Positions 49,700-59,995 of a DNA stretch of 64,000 nucleotides are shown here, one piece after another. The position numbers and the translations under genes are program-made. Source of the stretch: Promethearchaeota archaeon. GTDB lineage: Archaea; Asgardarchaeota; Lokiarchaeia; Sigyniarchaeales; SOKP01. Below the pieces are notes generated by a model. It was not told the DNA's origin. It saw nothing but the letters and a program-made list of their open reading frames with translations, and ran no database searches. The stretch spans positions 1 through 64,000 of the forward strand of contig JBHLOI010000002.1 in the NCBI GenBank assembly GCA_048940645.1, written 5' to 3'. The number at the start of each line of letters is the position of its first letter. Positions within the stretch are counted from its first letter, which is position 1.

Positions 49700-51502
49700 T
49701 TGATTAATCAGAGAAAGAAATTATGGATTTTTTCATTTGAATATGCTGGTATTGCCAAAGTTGGAGGATTAGGAGAAGTACCTGCCAATCAAGCAAAACA
49801 TTTAAGCAATTTATATGATATTACTGTATTTTTGCCTTCACATGGACAATTAGATAGATTGAAGCAAAGCTTAGAATATGAAAAGCTACCTTTTGCTTGC
49901 GTTGGAATAATAAATCCTTCTGATTTTGGAGTTATGGAGCCAGAAACTAGATATTCCATTTCATTTTTCAAATTTAAGATGGATAGTGTGAATATTATAC
50001 TTCTTTCAGGAGGAAATTCATTCACAACAAAATTCTTAGATGATAAGTCAGTATATAATCCCGATACAATTAAGGGGAAAATTAATCTTTTTAGCCTTGG
50101 AGTTAAGTGTTTTACTGAATATCTAACTTATTTAAAGAGAGATGATTTGCCCAATATAATTCATTTGCATGATTATCATGTAACCTTACCCTTTATTAGT
50201 ATGAAACAAGTATTAGCTAAAAATGGGTTAGATGTTGCTTCAATACTTACAATTCATTTATTAACATGGCCTCGATTTGAGTTTGAATTTTATAAAGCAT
50301 GCGGTATTGATAATACACCAATAAAAATTCGATTACCTACTGAATTTAAACAGTTAACGTTTACAGAAATATTTACCTTGAATAACGATATAGAAAAAAT
50401 ACCTACTGTAGAAAAGATTGGCGCTATAGTATGCGATATGGTTACAACCGTAAGTGAATCTTATTTAATATCAGATATAATTCCCAATTGCGGTCAAAAT
50501 TTAATTGAATTTAAAGCTGATTTTGTATGGGATGGATGTGATTGGAAATATGAAGAAATTTATTCTAAAATATTACAATTACTAGGAACAGAGATTTATG
50601 AGATATTAAAAATTTCTCATGATACACAAATTGATAGAAATGATTTTAAGAAATACTTGCTTGAATATAAAATTGAAAATTTAATCCAAAGCCCTTTAAT
50701 TAATTCTCAAAAAGTATTAAAGACTATAAATGAAATATCAAATGGTAAAATTTTCATTAGAGATGGGAATATAAAGGGATTTTCGGAAACTGGCCCTTTA
50801 GCTATTACCACAGGTAGGATATCTCCTCAAAAAGGATTTGAAACAATTTTTGAGGCAATACCAAAAGTAGTTGAAGTAATTCCAAATGCAAAATTTTTAT
50901 TTTTAATAATACCAACTGATTACAGTCTTAATGAAATTAAAGTTTATGCTAAATATGTCAAAGATTACCCAAATAATGTAAGAATAGTTTTTGGAGTGGC
51001 TACTGATATTTTTTATCTTGCACACTTAGCGGCAGATGTCTACTGCGCTTTATCCCGTTGGGAACCTTTTGGAATAATGGCTTTAGAGAGTATGGCTTCT
51101 AAAATCCCAATAATTGCCACTAAAGTTGGAGGACTACAAGAAACTATAGTTGATATGAGAATATATCCAGAAATAGGTACAGGCATTTTAATAGAAAAAG
51201 ATAATTCATCTCAATTTGCTAATGCATTAATTTCTCTTTTTAAAGCAGCCGAGGTTAGTGAAAAAGTCAAGGATTCTGAAATTCACACAATTTATGATAC
51301 TCAAATCTTAAAGATTGTTAATCAAATACCTGATGAAATTATAAAATCTAGAGTGTTATTAGATCCAAATTATTATTTTACAATTAAAGAAAACTGTTTT
51401 AAAAGAGTGAAAAATCATTTTACTTGGAAGATAGTTTCTAATAAGCTAATAGATTTGTATTCTGAAATAATCAAATTACATTTAAATGGAGAAAAAGTTT
51501 GA
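49700..51502 (+). CDS. glgA: Glycogen/starch synthase (GT5)
   Basis: KVGGLGEV, HLHDYH, TTVS, GRISPQKG, SRWEPFGI..LE, VGGL. Confidence 0.9.
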   Translation: MINQRKKLWIFSFEYAGIAKVGGLGEVPANQAKHLSNLYDITVFLPSHGQLDRLKQSLEYEKLPFACVGIINPSDFGVMEPETRYSISFFKFKMDSVNIILLSGGNSFTTKFLDDKSVYNPDTIKGKINLFSLGVKCFTEYLTYLKRDDLPNIIHLHDYHVTLPFISMKQVLAKNGLDVASILTIHLLTWPRFEFEFYKACGIDNTPIKIRLPTEFKQLTFTEIFTLNNDIEKIPTVEKIGAIVCDMVTTVSESYLISDIIPNCGQNLIEFKADFVWDGCDWKYEEIYSKILQLLGTEIYEILKISHDTQIDRNDFKKYLLEYKIENLIQSPLINSQKVLKTINEISNGKIFIRDGNIKGFSETGPLAITTGRISPQKGFETIFEAIPKVVEVIPNAKFLFLIIPTDYSLNEIKVYAKYVKDYPNNVRIVFGVATDIFYLAHLAADVYCALSRWEPFGIMALESMASKIPIIATKVGGLQETIVDMRIYPEIGTGILIEKDNSSQFANALISLFKAAEVSEKVKDSEIHTIYDTQILKIVNQIPDEIIKSRVLLDPNYYFTIKENCFKRVKNHFTWKIVSNKLIDLYSEIIKLHLNGEKV

Positions 51503-52674
51503 TTTTATCAATGAGAACAGTGATTTCTTCGCTCATAACTACTTTTTTTTTCAATACTATTGGAATGGCAATATTTTCTTATATTCCCCCTTATTTACTC
51601 GCATTAGAAAATGAGGGATTTATTGCTCCATTAGTCTCTTCAATATTTCCGTTAACTGCTACTATTTTTCCCTCTCTTTTAGGTAAAAGGTCTGATTTAA
51701 TACAAAATCGATCAATTTTTTTTATTATAGGAACTATTGGCACTTGTTTAACACTTTTTTTACTATTATTTGTCAAGGAACTAATCTGGATAATTACTTT
51801 GCTATTTTTGTATGGTATCTTTAACGCTTGTTTTGGATTAATATTTATATTGTATCAAGAGGTGGTAGAAAATAATCCAAGATTAATTAGCTATTATAAT
51901 GCGATTATTGTATTAGGATGGTTTGCGGGTTCTTTATTTGGGGGAATATTTATAGATTTTTACGGAATTTTAAATCTTATTTGGTTTTTATTCCTAGTTT
52001 CGGTTATAAGTGTTGTTCTATTACCTCTTATTAAAGAAGATAGAGAGATGATATTAGAACATTACAATATAAGAAGTAATCAAGAAGTGAATGATGGTAT
52101 TGAACAACAAAGAAATAAAAAAATATCAAAATCTATTTATTTTGGATTATTCTTCAGAAATTTTGGAGTTAGACCTGTTATGGCAATATTAGCAATAACG
52201 ATAGGCTTATATTTAACTAGTAAAATTGCAATCGGATTTCTGATTGGCCTCAATCCATTACTTCAATTTTTTCTAATGATATTGATTGGGAATGTTATTA
52301 AGAATAAAAATCAAAAGATCATTATAGTAATCGGATATCTTTTAGGCGCTTTAACTTTATTTGGTTATGCTATTTCAATTGATTTTATTGGATTTCTATT
52401 TTACCAGGGATCAGCTTCTTTTTCATATGCAATGTTTTGGAATGCTACACAGATATATATTGCCCAGAGAACAACTCCAAAAAATAAAGGAAAATATATT
52501 GGATATGCAAATTCAAGTTTCTTTTTGGGAAGCTTTATAGGTGGTCTTATATTTAGCCTTTTATCATTTATTGCTGATTTTTATTTTGCAATGTGGTTTA
52601 TGATAATTTTTCCAGTAATATCCGCGCTAATCATTTTTCTCAAATTAAATAATGAAGAAAAATCAGAATCATGA
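51499..52674 (+). CDS. MFS transporter
   Basis: About 12 TM; motif A-like LGKRSD; start overlaps the glgA stop. Confidence 0.88.
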   Translation: MILSMRTVISSLITTFFFNTIGMAIFSYIPPYLLALENEGFIAPLVSSIFPLTATIFPSLLGKRSDLIQNRSIFFIIGTIGTCLTLFLLLFVKELIWIITLLFLYGIFNACFGLIFILYQEVVENNPRLISYYNAIIVLGWFAGSLFGGIFIDFYGILNLIWFLFLVSVISVVLLPLIKEDREMILEHYNIRSNQEVNDGIEQQRNKKISKSIYFGLFFRNFGVRPVMAILAITIGLYLTSKIAIGFLIGLNPLLQFFLMILIGNVIKNKNQKIIIVIGYLLGALTLFGYAISIDFIGFLFYQGSASFSYAMFWNATQIYIAQRTTPKNKGKYIGYANSSFFLGSFIGGLIFSLLSFIADFYFAMWFMIIFPVISALIIFLKLNNEEKSES

Positions 52675-54642
52675 ATTCCAAAAAATATGCAAATTTTTAG
52701 TAATTTCTCCTGCTTTATCGGGTATTACTTTAAGTTCACTTCTGATCCAATCAGAAATCCATTTAGATTTATCTTTAAATCGAGTATCCATGAAAATTAT
52801 TGCTCCTTTATCTTTAATTTTTCTAATTGGTCGACCAGATGCTTGATTTGCCCGTTGAACCGCAGGATATAGATAAGCAAAATTCCAACCTTGTTTATTA
52901 AAGACTTTATCATAATATTTAATTTTTGCATTAACTCTTGGAGTGGGTAAATGATAAGGAAATCCAGCAACTACTACCGAATTCATAGAATTCCCAGGAT
53001 AATCTTCCCCTTCTGAATTTCTCCCTCCACATACACCTAATAAAACAGCGCCTCCATTTGAAGACATACTTTTGAAATGTCCAATTAATGCAGCATTTTC
53101 AGAAGCAGATAATCCAGGTTCTTCAATAAATAATTTTTTATTGTTTTTTTGTACTATAGATTCTATACCATTTTCTATAAGTGCATTTAAAATTCGATAG
53201 GATGCACAAAAAATCCCAACATTTGCAGGAGTACATTGTAAAACCTCATTAATTTTCCCAATCATCTTTTTAAACATTCTTGGTATCCTGTTAGCTCTTT
53301 TAGTATCAACTCCTTCAGTGATAATAGCCTTAACGTTTTTATTGCTAAATGGTGAGGCTGCTATTATCCCCTTATAAGTTTTTCCACTCTCTTTAAATCC
53401 AATTAATTTATTAAAAACATAAGGATTAACAGTCCCCGAAAGGTTAAGGCAAGTAAAGCAATCTTTTAAAATAGGTATAGTAATATCTCGAGGATCTAAC
53501 GCAACAATCTCTATTGAAACCGATTTACGTCCTTTTATCTGTTTTATGGAGTAGCAAAAAAAATAATTAGGCAGTAAATAAGTATTAACCCACTTAATCC
53601 AAAATTCTGCTAGAGATCCAATATTATTTCTGGAGAATTCTCCATTAGCTATTCTTTCCTCGTGAATTGAGGTCCCAAAATCAAGGAGATCATTGATAAG
53701 ATTTTCTAGTTGTTTTAAACTTGTTAATCCAAGGCTTTTATTTAGATTTTCAAGAAAAGTTTCAGGTTCGATCTCTTTTTCATCAACATTGAGATTTTTC
53801 GCCTTTTTTTCTAAATGGTTTAAAAGCAAGTTAACAAAATTTTGTAATAAGATTGGAGAGTTATATAACTCTAAATCTCTCAAACATAATCTTAATAAAT
53901 AAGGAGAAATTCGCTCAGAATTAATTTCTGTAGCGACTTGGATTAAATTATGACATTCATCTATAACTAAAATACATTCTTGAAGTTCCTTCCCCACAAA
54001 TTTCAAGAAGTTAAACCTAATATATGGATTAAAGAGCCACTGGTAATTACATATAACTAAATTCATCTCATTTAGGAGAAATTTACTTAGATAATAGGGA
54101 CAAAATGTTTTTTCCCTGCAAAAATATATAAGTTCTTCAGCATCTATAGGTTTATTAAGCATTTCAGGAGCAATTAATTTTGGATCACTATATTGGTCTT
54201 TTTTCTTAATTAAATTATTATAATGAGCACAATTTCGATTTTTCCTTAAATCACTACAAACTGACATTGCCTCTCTTGGATTCAATCTAAGCTGTAATAA
54301 TGTTTTATTTAAGCACATTTCGTTCCGCCCTCTAATAGAAAGTCCATTGATTTTAATATTTAATTTTTTATTTTCTATTAACTTTGAAACTTTGGTCAAT
54401 TCTTTAATTATTCGTGTATTTTGTGCATGTGTTCGACACATGTAAATGATTTTCAAGTTTTTTTCATAGGTTAAAGGTAATAATGCACTCAAGGCCATAA
54501 TTGTTTTTCCAGTACCATTTGGAGCAGAGAGTAAAATAATTTTTCTTTCTTTTGACGCATTTTCAAGTTGCTTTATAATAACTTCCTGATCTTGCCTAAA
54601 TTGTTCATAAGGAAAAAAATTATAATAATTGAAGTTTGTCAC
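52669..54642 (-). CDS. xpd: XPD/Rad3-family Fe-S DNA helicase
   Basis: APNGTGKT, RTHAQ, Fe-S Cys (MCLN, VC, NC, CPY), IDECHN, LSGT, SEGED, QASGRPIR. Confidence 0.93.
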   Translation of the reverse strand: MTNFNYYNFFPYEQFRQDQEVIIKQLENASKERKIILLSAPNGTGKTIMALSALLPLTYEKNLKIIYMCRTHAQNTRIIKELTKVSKLIENKKLNIKINGLSIRGRNEMCLNKTLLQLRLNPREAMSVCSDLRKNRNCAHYNNLIKKKDQYSDPKLIAPEMLNKPIDAEELIYFCREKTFCPYYLSKFLLNEMNLVICNYQWLFNPYIRFNFLKFVGKELQECILVIDECHNLIQVATEINSERISPYLLRLCLRDLELYNSPILLQNFVNLLLNHLEKKAKNLNVDEKEIEPETFLENLNKSLGLTSLKQLENLINDLLDFGTSIHEERIANGEFSRNNIGSLAEFWIKWVNTYLLPNYFFCYSIKQIKGRKSVSIEIVALDPRDITIPILKDCFTCLNLSGTVNPYVFNKLIGFKESGKTYKGIIAASPFSNKNVKAIITEGVDTKRANRIPRMFKKMIGKINEVLQCTPANVGIFCASYRILNALIENGIESIVQKNNKKLFIEEPGLSASENAALIGHFKSMSSNGGAVLLGVCGGRNSEGEDYPGNSMNSVVVAGFPYHLPTPRVNAKIKYYDKVFNKQGWNFAYLYPAVQRANQASGRPIRKIKDKGAIIFMDTRFKDKSKWISDWIRSELKVIPDKAGEITKNLHIFWNS

Positions 54643-54737
54643 CTTGAAATTGGGTATATTTTAATAATTCTATAATTTATAGTTTATATTAACAAGGAGT
54701 ATAAAAGTTTAATTATTAAGAATATTATAATTAAAAA

Positions 54738-55631
54738 ATGACTAAGGATAATTCTGAAAAACCATATTTACTTCTAAGAGAAATATTCAATGAAATACTC
54801 TTAAGAGATATTATTCTCTTTACAATACTATTTTTATTTATCCTTGCCCAAACTTGGGATACTATCATTCTATTTTTATTTCCAATTATCTCTTTTGCCT
54901 ATTCACTAATTTTTAGAATTATAAGCACAAATAAATGGAGAATGTATTCTGAAAATAGTCCACTAATCTATAATCCTGTAGGTGTTGAAAAACGACATGC
55001 CAACAGGCTTGAGTTTTGTACTTTACTTCAATTAATTCTTTTATTTTGGATAGGTGCTGAATCCTTGTACCATCCCCAATTGATAGATGATTACACTATT
55101 TATTTTAACATTCTCTATTTCTTTATTTACTCTTTCGGATTTTATTGGATAATGATTGATATCTGGAAATATAGTAGATTTGGAATTATATTAAAAAACA
55201 TCGATCTTGAATATGAAAAAAGCAATTCGGGAAAAGAAATCAATAATTTAATTAACTTTTTAAAATTTGAAAAGTTCAAGCGAATCTCTATAGTAAATTT
55301 AATAATCTTTTTAGTAGTAAACATGTTAAATATCTTGTTTGCGTTAGGTATTCATTATAATGCAATATCAGGTATACCTTTTCTATTGCCAGGTACAGGA
55401 ATAGAATCTTCAAAACCGATACAAATTACCCTAGTTTCATTTTTTATAATTGTTATTTCTCCACTACTAACAAGCTATTTTCTAATTCTTATCTATAGAG
55501 ATGTAAACAATTTTTCACTTGACAATTTAAATATCGCAATAGAATATTTGCCTGATAAAGTGAAACAACAAATTTTAAAAAATATTAAAAATTTGAACAA
55601 TCACTTTTCTAAAATACTATCAATAGAGTAA
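54738..55631 (+). CDS. Hypothetical multi-pass membrane protein
   Basis: 297 aa with about 6 hydrophobic segments. Confidence 0.7.
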   Translation: MTKDNSEKPYLLLREIFNEILLRDIILFTILFLFILAQTWDTIILFLFPIISFAYSLIFRIISTNKWRMYSENSPLIYNPVGVEKRHANRLEFCTLLQLILLFWIGAESLYHPQLIDDYTIYFNILYFFIYSFGFYWIMIDIWKYSRFGIILKNIDLEYEKSNSGKEINNLINFLKFEKFKRISIVNLIIFLVVNMLNILFALGIHYNAISGIPFLLPGTGIESSKPIQITLVSFFIIVISPLLTSYFLILIYRDVNNFSLDNLNIAIEYLPDKVKQQILKNIKNLNNHFSKILSIE

Positions 55632-55715
55632 ATATTTATTAAAGTCAAAAAGTAACAAATTATAAATTTCTGCTATTTATATTATTTTAAAAAAACTTCA
55701 TTTTTAACTTGAATT

Positions 55716-56255
55716 ATGACTCAAATAGCCGATCAAAGCCGAAAATACCTCTTTAAAGTAGTAATAGTCGGTGATGGGGGAATTGGAAAGAGCACTATGA
55801 TACAGAGACTAATAACAGGGCAATATATTCCAATGAAAGTGACGATTGGTACAGATTTAAGTACTTTTTCTTCCAAATTGGAGGAAAGCGAAGTTAAATT
55901 GCAAATATGGGATTTTGCTGGTGAAAAGCGTTTCAGGTTTTTTCTACCGAATTACTCACGTGGAGCAAAAGGATGTTTGTTATGTTACGATATTACCAGG
56001 TATACCAGCTTCCAAAATTTATCTGATTGGTACGAGATTATAAAAATGAATGCGGGTAATCCAATTTTTATACTAGTAGGATGTAAACATGATTTAGCGG
56101 ATTTAAAAAGGTCAGTTTCTACAGAACAAGCACAAAAGTTTCAAGAAGAGTATAATATTCCATATTTCTTTGAAACATCTTCAAAAACAGGATATCATAA
56201 TGGATTAATTTTTGAGAAATTAAGTAAAGCAATACTTGAATTTCATAGTAATTAA
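55716..56255 (+). CDS. Rab-like small GTPase
   Basis: GDGGIGKS, TIGTD, KLQIWDFAGEKRFR, GCKHD, ETSSK. Confidence 0.93.
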   Translation: MTQIADQSRKYLFKVVIVGDGGIGKSTMIQRLITGQYIPMKVTIGTDLSTFSSKLEESEVKLQIWDFAGEKRFRFFLPNYSRGAKGCLLCYDITRYTSFQNLSDWYEIIKMNAGNPIFILVGCKHDLADLKRSVSTEQAQKFQEEYNIPYFFETSSKTGYHNGLIFEKLSKAILEFHSN

Positions 56256-56313
56256 AGCTTCTTTTGAAAAGTAAAAAAAAAAATGAGAATCACTATGGGA
56301 GAATTCTATAAGT

Positions 56314-57255
56314 TTATTCTAGCAAATCTTTAAATTCATCAATATTTAATTCCAAATATTTTGCTGTAATTAAGTCTCTGCCCATAAGAGTTCTAAAGTT
56401 TTTTTTGCGTTTATTGTTAAGAAATTTTTTCATTTCGCTTAAGTCTGGTTGTTTATTTGTTATTTCTAGATATTTCTTTTTTATTGCATGCTCAACGATC
56501 TTTTGCCCTACGTCTGTTCTTATTATTAAAAATGCTTCACCTGAACCTTTAGGAGCCCCCCACGGGCTATATGAAATATCAGAAAATTCACCAGAAAAAT
56601 CAGTACAATATTTACAACCTGTCATACCCCCAGAAGAGCAAGCATAAGCAATTTTCAATGATGTACGTTCTGCCCCAGTGTTAAAATCTGATACCAATAT
56701 CTTTCCTAGACCTTGAAGATGACACGGATTAGCTATTATGCCGATATCTCTTTTTTTATCTAAATAGGCCTTTCCTATACCTGTTATAAGGGGACCTGCG
56801 TTATCCATCGTGGCTTTGGGTATATATTGTTTAGCATCCTTAGCATTATCAACAACAACTGGGAATGCGACAGGTGGTTTTTTACTTTTTAGTTCACTGA
56901 GTACAAAATGTTTTACAACACCAGATTCAAAAGCAGCTAAAACTAAATTATATAAAATATCATCGTTATTTTTCGATTTTACTTGGATAATATCTTTATA
57001 GACTCCTACTGCTAAATCAACTCTGGTTTGACCGAATAATTTTTCTTCGATTTCTGATACAGGCAAAAAACTTCTTGGGCAAGCATTATAGCATAGTCCT
57101 ACAGTTTCAGCACATTCATCAACTACAAATGCTTCTCCAGTTTCGCTATTGAAGTCCATATGGGGACAAAAAGCGTTACAACTTCCACAATGGATACAAA
57201 GACCTGCATAAATTACTTCATTTTCAAGATCTTGACTAGATTTTTCAATTTTCAT
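56314..57255 (-). CDS. Coenzyme F420 hydrogenase/dehydrogenase beta-subunit (FrhB)-like Fe-S protein, shortened
   Basis: CIHCGSCNAFCP...C...CYNACP ferredoxin; NPCH; GCKYCTDFSGEFSDIS; IIRTDVG. Confidence 0.8.
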   Translation of the reverse strand: MKIEKSSQDLENEVIYAGLCIHCGSCNAFCPHMDFNSETGEAFVVDECAETVGLCYNACPRSFLPVSEIEEKLFGQTRVDLAVGVYKDIIQVKSKNNDDILYNLVLAAFESGVVKHFVLSELKSKKPPVAFPVVVDNAKDAKQYIPKATMDNAGPLITGIGKAYLDKKRDIGIIANPCHLQGLGKILVSDFNTGAERTSLKIAYACSSGGMTGCKYCTDFSGEFSDISYSPWGAPKGSGEAFLIIRTDVGQKIVEHAIKKKYLEITNKQPDLSEMKKFLNNKRKKNFRTLMGRDLITAKYLELNIDEFKDLLE

Positions 57256-57491
57256 AACATAAATTCACAAAAATGCATTTTTTATAGCTTATTTTCTTAA
57301 AATTTTTGATTGCAAATAAATTTAGTGCGAAATTAAATGAAATTTCACACTCTTCAAGTTTTAATCCATAATAAAGAAAACTTAAAGAATGATTGCGAAA
57401 ACTTGTAGAAATATGAATTAAAGAAGATTTTAAGAAATCCACTTAACTTTCCTTTAGGTGAACTATAAATACTTCTTCCAGATAAACGTAT

Positions 57492-57806
57492 TTAAGGAAT
57501 TGTATATAAAATTCTGCTTGATTTGGTGAGTTTTTTGAGGAGTATAGAATTTTTTTCTATATTTTCTGCCCTTAATAGTATAGCAGTAGGACTAAATAAG
57601 TAAAGACGTAGCATAACATCATATTCCGCAATAATAACATAATGAATTAGTTCGTGCTGTTTAACGATTAAAGAAGGCATAAATCCTCGTTTAAAGACGG
57701 TTTTATCCCTAACTCTCAGGATTGTCACCTTTAATGGTTTTTTTTCCTTATATTCACGCCTTCCAAATTGAATTAATTGTTTAGGTAATTTTCTTAAATC
57801 AATCAT
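57492..57806 (-). CDS. Hypothetical basic protein
   Basis: 104-aa ATG ORF preceded by AGAGG. Confidence 0.6.
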   Translation of the reverse strand: MIDLRKLPKQLIQFGRREYKEKKPLKVTILRVRDKTVFKRGFMPSLIVKQHELIHYVIIAEYDVMLRLYLFSPTAILLRAENIEKNSILLKKLTKSSRILYTIP

Positions 57807-57973
57807 CCTCTAATGAAATAATTAACTTATCCTTTCAAACTTTTACTTTTTCTATTATTCTTTAAATTTTCTTTTTTAACTATCGAAACAATAAAAAATG
57901 GACTCCTTATACTTTTTTAAGGTGGAAAAATTTTTGATATTTGGTATAGCCTAGAAAAAGCTGATGATAATAA

Positions 57974-58555
57974 ATGTCAGATATTAATTTAACAAGAAAT
58001 TTCCAAAAATTTGGGAAAAATGTTCATACTATTGCCATTCTCATGATACTTTCTTTTCCATTTCCTTTCCTTATTATAGGAATTTTAGTTTTAATGAGTA
58101 ATTTATTGAAGAATATAAAAAATATAAATATAATATTAAATAACAAAAATTTATTGGAGTTTTATACCAAATATAAATATTCTGCGGTTTTAAGGGTTAT
58201 AGGGCTTTTATTTACTGCTGGAAGTATAACGGCATTTACATTTGCCTTAAGAAACCCTCTTTTTTTCAATCCATGGTATATTTTAATAATCCTGATTTGT
58301 AGTATTATGATTTTATTTGCAGGCTCGGTGAGTGAGGCAAAAGGGTGGGAGGAATTAAAACAATTTATTGAGGAGAATGCTAATCTATTTCCGAGTGAAG
58401 TTTTAGATGATTCTATCGATGGTTGCAGTAAATTGAGAAAGGGATCTTTAATCTATCATCTATGGTTCTTAGTAATTCCAATTCTGATTGGTTATGGTTT
58501 TCAAGTTAAAGGGTTTTTTAAATTATCAAAACTTAAAGATTTAGCGATGTTTTAG
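57974..58555 (+). CDS. Hypothetical membrane protein
   Basis: About 4 TM segments. Confidence 0.7.
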   Translation: MSDINLTRNFQKFGKNVHTIAILMILSFPFPFLIIGILVLMSNLLKNIKNINIILNNKNLLEFYTKYKYSAVLRVIGLLFTAGSITAFTFALRNPLFFNPWYILIILICSIMILFAGSVSEAKGWEELKQFIEENANLFPSEVLDDSIDGCSKLRKGSLIYHLWFLVIPILIGYGFQVKGFFKLSKLKDLAMF

Positions 58556-58741
58556 TTGTATTAATCATAAACTCATACTAATCATAAAGAATTTTTATCT
58601 ATGTGATTTAAAAAAACTTTAAAACTTAAGATGGGAGGTAACACTGTAATATTATCTTAATTTAAATAATTATAATCTCATTTTAATATCCAGCGATCAT
58701 CTTTTCAAAAAAGTTAAAAATTAAAGATTGGAGGATAAGCG

Positions 58742-59182
58742 TTGGAATATTTAAGAGAATTCTTAGTTTTGAAAGAAGGGGGCAAAGTCTTATACTGTAA
58801 TTCCTCCGAGTTAATAAAAGATGAGATATTATTTGGTGGATTTCTTGAGGCAATCAATTCTTTCTATAATATCTCTCTTAAAGATGATTTACGGCAAATT
58901 GAAGGAAATGTTCTAAGAATTTCTTTTTTAACAAAGTTAGGGTGTCAATTTATTGGTATTTCTTCAATGAATGATAGTTGTAATGATGCATTAGAAGAAT
59001 TACAATTTTTTACTAATAGATTTGTTGAACTGTTTCCAGAAATCTTAAACAAAGATAATGAAAATGATGTTCGCGTTTTTCAGAGGTTTAATTCAGAGAT
59101 AATTAAAACCAAGAAAGATTATTTGGGAAAAGGTTTCGAAAGCAATTATCTCTCATATTTATTAGAATCAGAAGACTGGTGA
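58742..59182 (+). CDS. Longin/sigma-like small domain protein, copy 1
   Basis: FLVLKEGGKVLY...LFGGFLEAINSF...LRQI pattern; GGAGG SD and TTG start. Confidence 0.6.
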   Translation: MEYLREFLVLKEGGKVLYCNSSELIKDEILFGGFLEAINSFYNISLKDDLRQIEGNVLRISFLTKLGCQFIGISSMNDSCNDALEELQFFTNRFVELFPEILNKDNENDVRVFQRFNSEIIKTKKDYLGKGFESNYLSYLLESEDW

Positions 59183-59192
59183 AAAAAAAATC

Positions 59193-59612
59193 ATGGTTGA
59201 ATACTTAAAAGATTTTTTTGTGTTAAAAGAAGGAGGTAAATGCATTTTTTCTAAAAATTCAGATTTAATCAAGGATGAGTCGTTGTTTACGGGTTTCCTT
59301 GAGGCAATTAATGGTTTTTATACTTTAGCCTTTAACGATGAATTAGACCAAATTGAAGGCAAAAATCTACGAATTACATTTATAAATAAAGAAGACTGCC
59401 AATTTGTTGGCATTTCTCCTATGACTGTTAAAAATGAAGAAGCGAGAGATGAGCTTGAATATTTTGCAGATATTTTTATTTCACGTTTTGGGGATGCATT
59501 AGAGAATGGAGAAAATGTCAGGATTTTTCACAGTTTTAGTTCAGAAATTATAAAAACCAAAAGTCAGTACCTTACAGAATTGCTAGAGAAATATTATCTT
59601 GTTAAAAATTAA
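59193..59612 (+). CDS. Longin/sigma-like small domain protein, copy 2 (tandem paralog)
   Basis: FFVLKEGGKCIF...LFTGFLEAINGF...LDQIEG; aligns end to end with the preceding ORF. Confidence 0.6.
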   Translation: MVEYLKDFFVLKEGGKCIFSKNSDLIKDESLFTGFLEAINGFYTLAFNDELDQIEGKNLRITFINKEDCQFVGISPMTVKNEEARDELEYFADIFISRFGDALENGENVRIFHSFSSEIIKTKSQYLTELLEKYYLVKN

Positions 59613-59622
59613 TTTAATAATT

Positions 59623-59916
59623 TCAACACTCTTCTTCTTCCTCTTCTTTAAGAAAACGGGAACATGTATCGTCTAATTTCTTTATGATATGATCTCTGTC
59701 CTTCCAAATTAACCACGTTCCACCACTTTTCTCAAAATGGAATCCTTCATAATTACCAACCATGCCTTTTAGTGTCTTTTTGATAAAACTCCAAGAAAAA
59801 TTCGTCCTTTCAACCACTTCAGAAATCGCAATAGGGTGATTAATTTCTAAATCGTTATTAAAAAATTCTATTACTCTATTTAAGCCAGTTTTAGGTGCTG
59901 ATTCTTTTTCTGACAT
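59623..59916 (-). CDS. Small winged-HTH-like protein
   Basis: IAISEVVERTNFSWSFIKKTL helix-turn-helix followed by a KSGGTWLIW wing. Confidence 0.55.
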   Translation of the reverse strand: MSEKESAPKTGLNRVIEFFNNDLEINHPIAISEVVERTNFSWSFIKKTLKGMVGNYEGFHFEKSGGTWLIWKDRDHIIKKLDDTCSRFLKEEEEEEC

Positions 59917-59995
59917 GCTTACCAGGCATCTTAATCTATTATTTATTACAAATTATAGTTTTTATATCAATATTAACATTAGAAAAATTTGAAGA

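Noticed and set aside
59614-59628. wHTH ORF ends Cys-TGA-Asn-Tyr-TAA, resembling a C-terminal Cys-Sec motif; Lokiarchaeia are known to use selenocysteine
   Set aside because: No SECIS-like hairpin could be identified downstream (the region is the antisense of another gene), the protein is not a redox family, and TGA is a common stop in this window.
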